A stretch of DNA of 63,947 nt, filler included, from Perkinsus chesapeaki ATCC PRA-425 (GCA_013115145.1; 10 parts of 10 records of this genome joined end to end with filler, not necessarily neighbours in it); one strand, 5' to 3'; shown: positions 50,192 to 63,105, numbered from the whole stretch's first letter. A program made the numbers and translations. Notes: generated by a model not told the origin, from the letters alone.

Positions 50192-52914
50192 CGTTGCCAA
50201 ATCCAAACCTATCGTAAAGATTGCGATTTATGCATTTCCAGTGCGGACGAAGAGCGATAACTTAACCCCGAAATATGTCCCTGGTAAAGATACATTTCCG
50301 CGACAACCTTCCCACCTATCGCAGCCTCGATTTGCTCAGGAGTGGCCCCCATCAGAGCTCCATACACCGCCGCTGAGGCAATTGCCCCGTGAACCTGAGG
50401 GTGAGGTGGAACGATCAAGTCCTAGGAGAGACTCACAACATGATCGATCTTGTATGACTTCAACGAAAACACTTCACAGAGACGGCCTCGAATCTCATCT
50501 GAAAAGAAACAATACTTCCTGGCGAAGGAAGATATTTGCATAATAATATTTAAATTCCACGATCCCATAAATTATGGAATCTATAATGATAATACAATTT
50601 AATAAAAACTAATTATCTACTTGATAATAGTTAATTTTCAAACTATCAATGTCCGCACTTCAACCAACTGACACTGGACTATCAGCCTGAGTGGAGAAAA
50701 ATGGAGACACAACGACACTCATCTGAAAAACAATATTTTGCAAATGAAAATATCCACATGAATTTTATAGCACCATAACAACGAAATGATATAACTAAAC
50801 AAGTTCACGTTATTAATTTTCGCGCTTCAACCAACGGGCACTAGGCAATCAACTTTCTTTAAACAGGACATTAGCAAACCGCCGCCGACTCACCAACAAG
50901 GATCATAGCCTTTAGAGCCTTCTTTCCGTCAACCTCGCCAGTCCTCTGAGCCGCAGCGACAACCACCGGATAGAAATCATTATGGCCAAACTCGCCAGCC
51001 TATTATGCGGAAAAATGCCTCGCCAAGATTCGAACCAGAGACCGCATTACCTGGTGCTTTGGATTACCGGCATTATACCCGAAAACAGTGCCTACACTCG
51101 AACAATTGTTTCACGCGCCACGAAATTCATACCGTTGGAGTCCCATTCTCTCACAGCGCTCGAGTTGGCTGCGATTGCCTTCTCCGTCTTCACTCTCTCC
51201 GAACTGCCAAACACTTTCGCACCGTGCCTAGAAGAACCGTGACCTATTGTGCCTCTACTCGACCGAAAAGAAGCACTACTGCCTCAGACGATTTTACAGT
51301 AATCATTCGGTCGGCGACGCCGTGAGTTCATGCCGAGCCAGCGACGTAAGCGACAGAACGACGTATACTTGTAGATGAGATATGAAATCATCAAAGGTGT
51401 CGTTCGGGGATTAGGGATCGAAACATAGAAAAGCTGCAAGAAAAGTGTAATTCGACCATCTACTTCAAAATTATAAACAACTACGATACTCTTCATTTAA
51501 CGCTATCATGAAAACCCGAAAACCCGAAGGACCCTTCTAGCAATGCGTAACATTCGAGCAAATGACCTCCGCGAGACCAATTCACAATGCCGAAATATAT
51601 AACAACCTGTTACTAGTCTCCGAACTGTCTGAACTTCCGATAGTTCTAGAACCCTACTCCTTGAAAATATACTCCCCACTCGCAAGAGGCATCAAAGTCG
51701 TAACCGACAATCTTACGCATCTCTATATTCCTCCAAAGCCTCACTCCTCAGAATAGTTGGCGCATTGGTGTGCATAGCCAATGCTGATACGCCACACATG
51801 ACCTGACCATATCAGACTCTTCAGACTCTTCGAGTGTCGCCAAGTGCTCACAGAATCAGTGTGGAACATCTCCACTCTTCTGTAGACAGACTCGTCAATG
51901 TCACCGCCAATCTGAGATGCGAAAAGGTAATCAAACTTGAAGATGATTTGATCTCCATCCGAGCCGGATGAACTCCGAACAGTATAAGCAACTATATTAT
52001 GATATAGTAAATTATAATAAAATGGTCGATCCCAACATCAATGACTATCATTCGAGCGATCAAGATGAAACAGTAATGGCAGAAAGTCTTTCCCATGAAA
52101 AAAACACCTTGAGACTCTTAACGTGTTTTATTGTGTTTAAAATATCCCAAAACATTTATACCACTTTGATGCCCCTAGTATTGTATCATTTCAAAAATAA
52201 AAAGGTACGCAAGATACCAGACGCTCACAAAGTTCATTTCATCCAAATTTACAACAGTAAGACACCCTCGGAGCTCAAACAACAGGATCAACGAAAAGGT
52301 TATCATCCCAAGCAAACTCACCTTGCCATCTAAGAACTCCACCGCGAACTTCCCAATGCCAAGAGCTTGGTTGGAATTGCGAGGCAAAACAATCTGAAGA
52401 AACGACATGGAAATACCGACTCGTGACGGCATCGAAGCCCTCGCAAACAGTCTACGATTCAACTATGTCACACTAAATGATAAACCGTAAAAAGAGAAAA
52501 TAGAAAAAGAGATCCTCACTTTTATCGATACTAGCATCAACTAGCATTCGACTAGGATACTTAACATATCAATAATAACATTAATAATAATATTTAACAG
52601 CGAGTTCAGAGATCCAAATGAATAGGTCCCCACAGATGGTTTCAAATCAGACAGTTAATGCGCCGCAATTATTTCAAAATTATATGTAATTATACACTGG
52701 GTTTTCATGGATGCATCAAGATAAGAATCAAGCCGTCTTCGGACTTCAACATCTACAACTGACAAATCGGACACTCAGAGCAGCATGCCTGAGCTCGAAA
52801 CACACTCGAAAAAAATCCTACCTTCGTGTCGGTACCGCTACTGAAGCATCTAGTACGAGCCACAATGGGAATGAGCGGGAAACCGTGACGAGGGACGGCG
52901 AACTTGGACAACAT
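50192..52914 (-). CDS. prpD: 2-methylcitrate dehydratase (MmgE/PrpD family), multi-exon, 3' truncated by gap
   Basis: LPRNSNQALGIGKFAVEFLDGK, FHTDS|VMCGVSALAMHTNAP, AANSSAVREWDSNG|TVFG, AGEFGHNDFYPVVVAA, DEIRGRLCEVFSLKSYKIDHV|VHGAIASAAVYG. Putative transit peptide MLSKFAVPRH at ATG 52914. Confidence 0.85.
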
Positions 52915-54750
52915 GGAGGAGAAAAATACTAATAGAAATAGTACAGTAAATGACTTAGGGATCTACCAAGTGACATAAAGCCGATCTAAATGAGCAGGTA
53001 AATCCAGGAAAAACTGCAAGTCGAACGAACCCATCTGAAAGGTTAAAAAAGGTGCACTAATTATCATCCACTGCACTCCCATCCAACGGCCACACTAACA
53101 ACACTCATCTGACAAGCATAAGAGAAAAGTATGAAGGCCGAATGAAAGAAGACGGTATCAGGTAGCTCGTGCCCCAATAAATGCATGAGCATCAAAGTTA
53201 GAGAGAGCAACTACTTTCTAATCAGCTTCTCTATAGTAGCAACGTGAGCCCAATAAAAAAAGGCCGAGCAGTAGAGAGGCGAGTAGAGGATCACGGGGAC
53301 GAGCGTCTAAGTACAAAATTGGGGTTATCAAAATAAGGTTCGGTCAATATAATAAATACATGTTCTCACATACATGAATATTGTATTATAGTGTATATAA
53401 ATGTATAACTACTATAAATATAATAAGCTGAAAATAATAAGTCATTATACTGAAATACAACGAGTAGGCAGACTCATAAGAAAATAATAATCAAATAAAA
53501 TTAAAACAAGTTTGAATCGGCTCATATTGAACCACACAATTGCAGAACACCAAGATTTGCGCATGCGTGCAGCAGCGCTGACGATGAGACGCTATCACCA
53601 GACATCCAGGGGGCCAAGAGAAGTCCAACGAACAGCAACAACAATGCCTGGAAGTCATTACAGAAATAGACGAGTTATCTTGGATCTTATTTATGAGTCA
53701 ACTTCACTCTTCAACCTCCGAGTATCTAGCCGTTTCATGCGCACCCGATAGGATTCCTCCACCTCGATTAAAACCGTAACAACGCAACTCCGGTATCTTT
53801 GAAAAATCAGCAGCCTGAATTCTTCCGACCAGCTCGCATTGGTATACGGAGCGTCGGCGATGGCGGAATGTACCGTCTGAGAAAAGATACAAAATAGGTC
53901 AACTTGCGGCCATGCGCATGCGTGCAATTCGGCGCTCACTCGCAATTAACGTTTGCCAATCGCAGCATTCTTCTACTCGCTTTTGCACTGTCACTGTCAT
54001 GGTGACTGTCCGACGCATAATAAACATTCGTTATACCAGCCTGATAATAATTTCCTGGCGCGTGACGCTATCCTCAGCCCACCTGAAGGATCAATTTGCT
54101 ACACTCATGACAAGGAAACAAAGTAGTGTAAATTGCACAGCCTCGAATGTCGTGTTGATTTTTATTCAGAATTGCGTTCATCTCAGCATGGCAAACAAAC
54201 CAGTACCTACGTGAAAGGAATAGAACAAGTCCCTAAATGAATGCTGACTCTGACCTGAAAATACCATTAACGCTAATAGTGAAGAAAACAGAGATAATTA
54301 CGAAGATGACACATACGGAAAACTGATACAAAGGTCGGTCAGGCAAAGGAGAAGCGTTATAGTAACGATCGTCAAGCCTGTATAAAGGGAGACTTTTGTC
54401 AACAGATATAGCAGCTCTCAAAATGGATACCGATAATATTAACTCAGCGACGTAGCCTCACAATCGGTCTACCCTTTCTCGAACAGTCCGATGATGAGGT
54501 TCACGGAAAATAAAAATGCGATGAAAATGTTGACTCTATGGGGCGGTCTTTGACAATGCTACGGATTCTAATTAGTGAAATCCCATCGAACACGGGAGTG
54601 CGGGAGGAATACTCAAACCCGAAACCCGAACACACTCCAAAAGTTGAGCGNNNNNNNNNNNNNNNNNNNNNNNNNNNNNNNNNNNNNNNNNNNNTTAATT
54701 AATTAANNNNNNNNNNNNNNNNNNNNNNNNNNNNNNNNNNNNNNNNNNNN

Positions 54751-54922
54751 AAGCACCTCCCAGGGTATATTGAAGTTACTAAACCACCTCCCAGGGTATA
54801 TTGAAGTTACTAAACCACCTCCCCGGTGAAATTGAAGTTACTAAACGAGAATCTTAACATAAATTTCGCTCGCCTGTCGAAACAGAAGTTACTATTGTCG
54901 AAATAGGCGTTGAAAAAGTGTA
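54751..54922 (-). repeat. Contig-terminal repeat family copy B: conserved flank plus 31-bp tandem units
   Basis: AACCACCTCCCAGGGTATATTGAAGTTACTA units, about 3 copies, and a flank matching 10688-10831 in reverse orientation. Confidence 0.8.
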
Positions 54923-55324
54923 TGTCGACATCTCTGAGTAACCCAACAGGCGTATCTTGTCCCTATTACAGCAATCCCGAATCCAACAACTCCAATGTAG
55001 AGGCCGATGGCGACGAAAAAGTTCATAATGGAACAAGAAACACTGAAGAAAGCTGCGAGCCATTACCCAATCAACCGATGCAAACGAAGCATGGGGCTCT
55101 AGAAATATACATAAGGTCAAACTTAATCGAAAAAGACAGAAAAATGTAGGTGCCTCCACCGGGGATCGAACCCGGATCACTCCAACTTAGCTTCTTTCAC
55201 TGTGGTTTAAAAAGTCGTTATTTCTCACAAGTGTTTAGGTTCAAGGATATTTCCTGTCAAATCGTCTCAGTTGTATCTTAGGTTGAAGCAAGGTCTACAC
55301 ACATTATCTCAGTTCTTCCTTTAT

Positions 55325-56375
55325 ATGGTTTCTGTTTATCTATTCGTTCCCAACCTTATCGGCTACACCAGAGTAGCTCTCATGCTCATCAGCTTTTATG
55401 TGGCCTTCGAGTAACATTGAATATATATCTTTCGTCATACCGATTTTTTTTTTCAGCAACTACAAAGCATTCATATTCTGCTACTTCTGGTCTCAAATCC
55501 TGGATGCATTCGATGGTGCCGCTGCCAGACGCTTCAACGAGTGCAGCATGTTTGGAGCTGTAGTACCTTCCTTAAGGGTATCTTTTCTCGAGGTCAACCT
55601 GTGTAGGTTCTGGACATGGTTACAGATAGGATATCATCGAATATCTTGGCGCTCATCTTGAGCCACTTCTACCCCACGCTCTACCTTCCCCTGGTCCTCT
55701 TCGCTGTCGTCGATTACGCTTCCCATTGGACCCAGATGTAAGCCTTCCTGGGCTGTCTCTGTGGAAGGCTGTCGATGGTTTTAGGTATTCCAGTGTGCTC
55801 GCTAAGAACGGCAGCCACAAGTATATTGCCCCTAACAGACCGTGGTTGCTCAGGAAGTACTACGGCAGCAGAGGTACCATTACTGCTCTTTTAAACGCAT
55901 ATGATTACGACACTTTCTCAGTTATGTTGTTTTCTCTCTGCTTTGCTCAAGAGGCAGTCCTTGTATTGATGTATCTGTATCACTTCGTAACCCTTCCCAG
56001 TGTTGCTGCCCCACTATGGATACAGGATGCTGTCTACTACGGAGCATGGGCCTTCCTTCCACTTGGTTTGCTCAAACAGGTAATACGTACATTCACTGCT
56101 CAATAAGTACTCATACTTCTGCATGTCGAACACTTGCTTTATCTCTCACATGCCAAACACTTGCTTTACCTCTCACATGTCAAGCACTTGCTTTATCTCT
56201 CACATGTCAAGCACTTGCTTTATCTCTCACATGTCAAGCACTTGCTTTATCTCTCACATGTCAAGCACTTGCTTTATCTTGTACATTTCAGGTCATCAAT
56301 GTGATCCAGTTGGTAGATGCCGGTCACGAGATTGTTAAGATCGATGAGGCCAATCGTGCTGAGAAGGTCGAGTAA
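55325..56375 (+). CDS. PIS: Phosphatidylinositol synthase (CDP-DAG--inositol 3-phosphatidyltransferase), multi-exon
   Basis: MVSVYLFVPNLIGYTRV; CDP-alcohol phosphotransferase motif LDAFDGAAARRFNECSMFGAV|LDMVTDR; DYASHW; SHK; LLRKYY; KQ|VINVIQL. Confidence 0.92.
56122..56280 (+). repeat. 27-bp intronic minisatellite, about 6 copies, in the last PIS intron
   Basis: Unit CATGTCAAGCACTTGCTTTATCTCTCA at 56122, 56149, 56176, 56203, 56230 and 56257. Confidence 0.92.
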
Positions 56376-57944
56376 GACCCTCAATGGAGTTTCCTATTGT
56401 ATCCATTACACACACAATTGTTAAGATTCAATTGAACTTTTCTCTGCGTCATTCCCCTAGTCTTGCGTGAGGCTGTTAAATCGTGTCGGACGTCTCTACT
56501 ATCTTCTGTAGTTTTTCTGATGAGTTTGGAACTCATTGATTTGGAGGACGAGGCCTCTCCAGCGGTCCTTACTATCGACAACACCGCTGCCGTTGCTGAG
56601 GAAAGCACGTCCATTGTGGCGGAAGTAATGATATTTCTACCCATGAGATATTGTGTAGTATCGCATAGGTTACAGAAGCCACTTCATTACCACGGATGGC
56701 AGCGAAAGATATTCCCCTTGATAGCTCGAAGAGTAGCCTAGAGAATAGGCTCTCCTACCACGCGGGGATACGGCAGCGTGTCGACAACGCCGCCGACCAA
56801 AGTGCCGCATTGATCTCGTCTTTGGTAGCCAGCAGCTCGGCGATGCCCGACGCTGCCAAGACAGAAGCGGAGAAGCCAGCTAAGGTAGCACGGTGGTGGA
56901 GGTATTTATGTTATATGTATGAGCAGGAGTATGGGAGCGAGCGTATTGAAGAGAAGAGTAGCGAGTTATCCTCTAGTGGATTGTCTTCATCATTTTGCTC
57001 ACGACTACATGTTAGCCTTGCCAGCGGGCCCATCCCTTCAGGAAAGAGAAGTCCGGCTGAGACCACTGCAGTAGGTGCGGTTCTCCTGTTGTTCTTCTAG
57101 GGAGCCTAGATTGACTCCGGCGTCGTAATGTGTAACGTGGAAAAGTCGATTGCGTAGTCCAGTCCATCTTCTTGATACGAGGGAGTCGTAGAGAAACATC
57201 ATGTGGTCCCGAAAGGAATGAACTCGACTCTTCCTTCTGGACAAGGAACATCTCTTTTAGGAAAATGCATCTAGGTATTAGTAACAGTGTTAGAAGAAAT
57301 TGTAACACTTTTTGATCCCCGATGAACAGCCCATACATTCCAAAGCCTATATTCTATAAGGCTAGATGACTGCCTGCTTGGGACATCTTCCAAGTGCCAT
57401 CCTAATTTAGGTTCCATCGGAGCTCCGACTACCCTGCGACCGATCTCACTCCGACGGTGTTCGCATTTGGAAAATTGTTGATGACTCGGCACAGGCAGTT
57501 ACATTCTACTTGGGACGTTTGCAAGACCGTGGCTGGGCGTGGGAGGCCCTAAATGCGTTGACTCGGCTCAAGGATCGTGCACTGGCCGACGGCAGAGGCC
57601 CACAGGATCGGGAGGAGTTCTGGGAAGACTATAAGACAGTATATACCAGATTGGCCGCTATCCCCGAGAAGGACATAGCGTGGGAAGGCGTAGAACATCT
57701 TAACCGAATTCACGAGATCTTCTCATGTGGAATGGATGCCACTGGCGGCGAAGGCATAGGTGAGCACGTGGGTCTCGAATAGGGAGGGGTTTTCTGAGTC
57801 TTCCAAAGGCCATTGGTGTGATAGGAATGATAAGTGTAAAGTGGTCCCTGCTAGTGAAATGAGAATCATTAAAAGTGTTCTTCTGGGCTCGGCACTTGGC
57901 ATTCCTTCACGGGTCTCTGGTTGCTAAGATGGTTAATGCTATGC

Positions 57945-58993
57945 AGGGCGGCGCCAAGTCGAGGAGATTTTCACAGCGTGCTTGGCTCAGCAAGAGAGCC
58001 GCCTCGTCGATACAATACAGCAACTGCTGCAGTCCGAGAGGGAGAATCAACGGCGTGAAGTTGTTGAAGAAGTACTGCAAGGTGTTAATAGGATAAGATA
58101 TGTAAGTGGGAAAGGGCAGGAGGCCTGCTCGAGCAGGAAGGGCACGGTCTATTCCTGATGTTTGATTCAGTGTCTAGTCGGGGACCAACTGGCATTAAGG
58201 TTCATAGCATTCTTAACTTATAAGCAGTCCATTCGATTGGTGCAGTTACGGTGCCATCGTGAAACGGTCGATCGACTGAGGGTGGTGATGTTTCGGATTT
58301 CCATTATAGTGCCCATGTTTACAACTCCTATTATGGAGGGGCAATTGATAAAATAATACGAATTCGCCATTTTCGTTTTTTCGTTCAGGAGGAGCGAGCC
58401 AAGCTGGTTAATCATTTTGATAAACAGCTCGATCAACTTGGGAAAAGATTGAGCGCAGTTCGGCCGGTGTCTCGCTCTGAACGGGTACTATGTTCAAAGC
58501 AAACTTTTGCCTCAGAATGTTCTGATAGGAGAACACGTATAACTTCATTCATCCATCAGATGAGAAAGGGAAGCTTCCTACAGTAAGGCGCTCAATCGAC
58601 TGGTTCGCTTCGGTCACCTTGCTACCTCGCCTTTCAGACCCGAGCTGGCCTGAGCTCCTATAGCGGCGGTTCCTCGTCTTCTCCGCCAAAGGCGCCATCT
58701 GAGGTCTTTCAGCTCGCTTGCTGACTATCATCAAGATTGCTGTGCCTCAGATTCCCGTGTCCTCGCGGCTCACTACTTTACCTCCTAACAGAATTTGTGG
58801 TCTTCGCGCCGAAGTGATGCTCAACTTCCGCAAGGAATCGTCGAACCAGCTCTCTGTGGGAATCAGAGATATCGTTCACGTGGTGTCATCTGAGGTTGAC
58901 TCTAACGGCTGGGTGCGGGTGCGAAGGCAAGGCAGTCAAGACTGCGGTTTCGTACCGGCCTCGATATTGGGAGTGGAACAAAGGGAGATTTAA
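57945..58993 (+). CDS. Coiled-coil plus C-terminal SH3 domain protein (5' extent uncertain)
   Basis: Terminal exon RAEVMLNFRKESSNQLSV...DIVHV...NGWVRV...GFVPASIL is SH3-like. An upstream AG/GT-bounded exon RRQVEEIF...ENQRREVVEEVLQ is helical/coiled-coil. Confidence 0.55.
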
Positions 58994-59085
58994 TGTTGCT
59001 TGATGTTTCTAATTCGATGTTTCGATTGAATATTTCACATACAGTGTTGAGTCAATTGGGCTTGACTAAGATGTAGGCCCAGAGA

Positions 59086-59338
59086 GCATCTTCAATTCGC
59101 CAAGTCACGAGCTCGAAGCATCTTCAATTTGCCAAGTCACAAGCTCGAAGCATGTTCACGTCGCGAACTCAAAGCAACCTCAATTCGCCAAGTCCCGACC
59201 TCAAGGCATCCTCAATTCGCCAAGTCCCGACCTCAAGGCATCCTCAATTCGCCAAGTCCCGACTTCAAGGCATCCTCAATTCGCCAAGTCCCGACTTCAA
59301 GGCATCCTCAATTCGCCAAGTCCCGACCTCAAGGCATC
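59086..59338 (+). repeat. 32-bp minisatellite, about 8 units
   Basis: Unit GCATCCTCAATTCGCCAAGTCCCGAC(C/T)TCAAG at 59086, 59118, 59150 (24-nt deleted unit), 59174, 59206, 59238, 59270 and 59302. Confidence 0.92.
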
Positions 59339-60963
59339 TGTTGTAGGATTTTGCGGAGTCGATGTACTTGTATGTTTCAGTAATCCCTAGCTAAGTGGGC
59401 GACGCGCCTGTGCACATCCTTAATGTGTTCTTTGTGATTCCTACACTCCCTATCGTGAGCCGTTGCGTTACCGTGTTTGAGCTCCTACTGTCTTATTGAC
59501 TAACTTGTTACCCGACCCCGGTAGCACATCCCTTCCAAGCAGTCAGTTTGTACCCCGTGCCTCTTGGTCGGCAAAAGCTGTAATGTGACGCGAATAATCT
59601 GCTTTCAATCAAAGCAATCAATACACAGCCTGCCAGATAGTACTGCGTTTCCGAGAAATTCTCGGCAAAAGGAGCAAGTCTTAGGTTCGAATTCTGACAG
59701 ACGTGATTACGTGCTACTAGAAACCTAGCATCCGACTTCTAGGCCTCACCTCGTTATGGTCTGCGAAAACCAGCGAACGCGTCCCAAAGCTTGACTATTG
59801 GAAATGGCCTCAAAGTCTAGGTTTTTGTAAGAAGACTAGTGGCAGTTGGTTGTGATAGGTAATCAGATTGATATCAGGTGGAGGAGGGCCTCATGAGTAT
59901 CTATCTATATGAGCCACACGATGCGTTTGCTGCAGCAAACTGAAAAAATGTTTCTCGGTGAAAACTTTTCGCTGGACTTCCAGTTTAGATGCAAAATTTT
60001 AGCACTATTCACCGAGCATCAAAGATCGGGTAGCAATTACTGAGTAGTTGTACTCATCCTCTATTGACCTAAGCCGGTCAGTCAATCATTCGCAGAGGTT
60101 GGTATATGATGTTGTGATGAGTTTGTGTTGTGTCCCCTTTTGTGATGGTATCTTAGCGTAAGCTAGTGTAATTGTAATCACACTGTAAATACAATAAATA
60201 AGGTTAAACTTTAATAACTCTTTGTGAGTTGTGTTGTGGTGATTAAAATGTCACTACAATGTGGGGGCACATGTGTGGCTTGGACAAGCAGGCAGTCCGT
60301 TCGAGTTCGGGCCGTTGAGTTCATGATTTCGGGCCGCGGACTTATAAACTCAAAAAACCCCGAATTTCGGGGGTGACGCGCCATAGGCCATGGCCCACAG
60401 CTCCCTTTGTGTGTTTCGAGGGCCGATCCGTCTATACGTCCAAAGTCGGCGATCCGAAGTGGCTGGTTTGAGATTTATTTGGTTGAGCTGTGCGGCTGCT
60501 CAGGAAAGCGAGTCTAACATAAAGAGTTGCTTTCGTACAGTACCGTGAGCGGGAGTGGTAGAGCGGATCCACTGTAGCCCGTGACAGCGCCCGGCGCAGC
60601 AATGAGCACAACATTGGCAGCCTTTCACAAATAGCGTGTATCGGCTCGGCGTACGAACCGATCCCGAGACCAACCGATGAGTTTGAGATGACGTTACGGC
60701 CGCAATTCCATGACTCAAACGAAAACCTGTAGACTAGATGCTAAATTCTAGACTCTAGAAGCTAGAGTATTGGATCAACTTTTGCGTGCAGATGCACGCA
60801 TGCCCCCCTTCAAACATAAGCACAACAAATTGAAACAGCTTGCTTTAAACAAGTCCAATATTGGGACTTGGATAGTAGGGCCTAATTCGGGGTCTCGGGG
60901 GTCTGCGTCCGGATATGAATCACGTGTATGCCCCTTTCAGACGTGTTTCGTTGATTGTCCCGC

Positions 60964-61701
60964 ATGAGGCTATCTTACATCCTCTTGACTACAGGTTGCA
61001 CTTTCGCTGTCGGTGCCCCACTATCTCTGAGGCGTCTGGATGGACCTACACCGTTTGCTTTCCCTGCCAATTGCACAGCCAAGAAGAAACCAGATTCCCA
61101 ACCGTTCTGCGCCTTGGGTACCTTGAGCTACACTCCTGGTTTAAATGTCAACATGACGGTCTATCTGTTCGATGCCAAGGAAACTACCAAGTCAACTCAC
61201 TTTCACATCGAGATGGCACTTAATGGTTCGCAACCCGCGGGTCTCAACATTACCGGTGGTGGCTGCGCTAATGTCGTTGATAAGGAATTCGCGGAAGGAC
61301 TACTAGAAGGCTCCGTCGAGCTCTGCACTGAAACCGTTGGCGATGGTCGCGGCAAGCTCGATGAGAAGACAGGTAACTGGAATGCTGAAGTTCAAGTGAA
61401 AGCGACTGCTGAAGCCAGCGCCTTCGGTAAGTCCTTCACTCTACCGGTTACCAAAGTTGTTCAAGCTCACATCGGACCAAACTATGACTTTGGGCTCGAT
61501 GCCTCTTTCGAGAAGTCCACCGGCGATGAACGTAATGAGGGCCTTGCTATAGCATTCGATCTCTCTATGAACACCAAGGATCATTCCCTCTTCACTTGGG
61601 AGCTTATCGGGGCTGTAAAATTCCACGCTTGGTTCCACCCGATATTCGATAAGGAACCAGAGGTTGACCTATTCCACAAGGAATTTAAGATACATCTGTG
61701 A
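60964..61701 (+). CDS. Secreted beta-rich orphan protein, intronless
   Basis: Signal peptide MRLSYILLTTGCTFAVG; four Cys in the mature region; alternating hydrophobic/polar strands; no recognised family. Confidence 0.7.
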   Translation: MRLSYILLTTGCTFAVGAPLSLRRLDGPTPFAFPANCTAKKKPDSQPFCALGTLSYTPGLNVNMTVYLFDAKETTKSTHFHIEMALNGSQPAGLNITGGGCANVVDKEFAEGLLEGSVELCTETVGDGRGKLDEKTGNWNAEVQVKATAEASAFGKSFTLPVTKVVQAHIGPNYDFGLDASFEKSTGDERNEGLAIAFDLSMNTKDHSLFTWELIGAVKFHAWFHPIFDKEPEVDLFHKEFKIHL

Positions 61702-63024
61702 TACAACATCCTTTCAAAGGCCATGAACAGTGGCTAAGGCCTTGTCATTTCTACTCATTGAAGGCATCGCCTTGGTGACACGCGAGGTCTCTTCCCTCCC
61801 ATCAAGGGTTTGACCTCAAGTAGGCTCCTCACCACTCATATTTAGTCCCGTCGTCAGTTGTAAGCCTTTTTTCATCATTAGGCCTTAATGTCTTATTTAC
61901 ATGTCTTTCAATCCTCCCGGTACGTTGTGTTCGTATCCCCTAGTACGAAATTACGAACTCGGACTGTGTGATGATTTCAAAAGAACCGTTCTTTGTCGGT
62001 CTCTCACAAGGAACTTGAGTATGAAGGCTCTCAAGGTAAGGCCTCTTATCCCACTCACTTGACTTACCAGTAATGTTGTTTCGTGAAAAGCGGTTGACCT
62101 TGAATATTATTATATTACCGCATACCTTAAGGAATTTACCCGGCTTGCAACGCGTTCTGACGGTGCTGTGAAAACGTTCAAGCACTTCGCGCGCAGTGCG
62201 CGTGGCGCGCATCATCTATCTTTGGACGATTACACTATGGTATTCGCACACCTCTTACATATTCACCGATCACGGCATTAGTAACGGATAAGACATTGTT
62301 GAACACGCCAATTTGCTGGAGGACGTTGCTCTTGCCAAGGAGCCCGCCTACGGCATAGCGTGCCCTCTGTGCTGTCCGAAAAGTTACTTGCGAATTGTAG
62401 AAGTGATTGGCAATTGATTGAGAGGCTTCCTTAAGAGGTTCAGCCCAAATTCTCTAAGTCGCAGGCCCGGCCAAAACTTAGGCGAGTCAAACGAGTTCAC
62501 GAACTTGCTCTTATTTCTTAAGATCTTACCATGTGAGCGTAAGGTTTCTTACATTGAGCGTTAAGGCTTGAAATACGTGAACTTATCCTCCTTACCTCGC
62601 ATGTAAAACTTTTCTAAGTAAGCTCTCAAGTGAGTGACATATGAATTTCACATTGTGAAAGAGGCCATGTCACTGTCAGTCACAGGCTGTGACATCGTGC
62701 GATGCCTGGCGAGCGAGAATGAATGTAGCGATCGCTTCGCTCCGCTAGGCAGTTTCATATGTTGAAAAGCTTAGGATTACTCTCAGATTAGAACNNNNNN
62801 NNNNNNNNNNNNNNNNNNNNNNNNNNNNNNNNNNNNNNTTAATTAATTAANNNNNNNNNNNNNNNNNNNNNNNNNNNNNNNNNNNNNNNNNNNNTCGAAC
62901 CTTGACCTACGCTATGAGAGACCACAATCCAAACCAATGACACTATTATCACCTCAGTTTCTGAGGTACCGCAAAAGAGTTCTGCTGGCTGTGAGCTGCA
63001 ACTGTAGAGATGCTTTGCATACAT

Positions 63025-63105
63025 AAAGGTCTTTGCTCCGGAGTGCCTAGCGGATTCCGAATGCAAGAGGACCATATATTTACCTTGAGCCAGAGAGGCT
63101 ACGGT
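63025..63105 (-). ncRNA. Spliced-leader (SL) RNA gene, variant 22-nt exon
   Basis: ACCGTAGCCTCTCTGGCTCAAG (63105-63084) is followed directly by a GTAAAT donor. The downstream intron can fold (GGTC..TTGC/GCAAAGACC and TCCG/CGGA) and ends in TTT at about 80 nt. Confidence 0.8.

Noticed and set aside
55149-55182. tRNA 3'-half-like sequence (CCGGGTTCGATCCCCGGTGGAGGCA) or possible primer-binding site
   Set aside because: No D arm, anticodon arm or 5' acceptor strand. It ends CCT rather than CCA and no LTR is evident.
56381-57782. Open segments on both strands between PIS and the SH3 gene
   Set aside because: Probably exons of one or more hypothetical genes, but strand, phase and family could not be resolved.
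59086-59338. CRISPR-like appearance of 32-bp repeats (also the 27-, 31- and 46-bp arrays)
   Set aside because: Units are contiguous with no unique spacers, there are no cas genes, and the context is eukaryotic.
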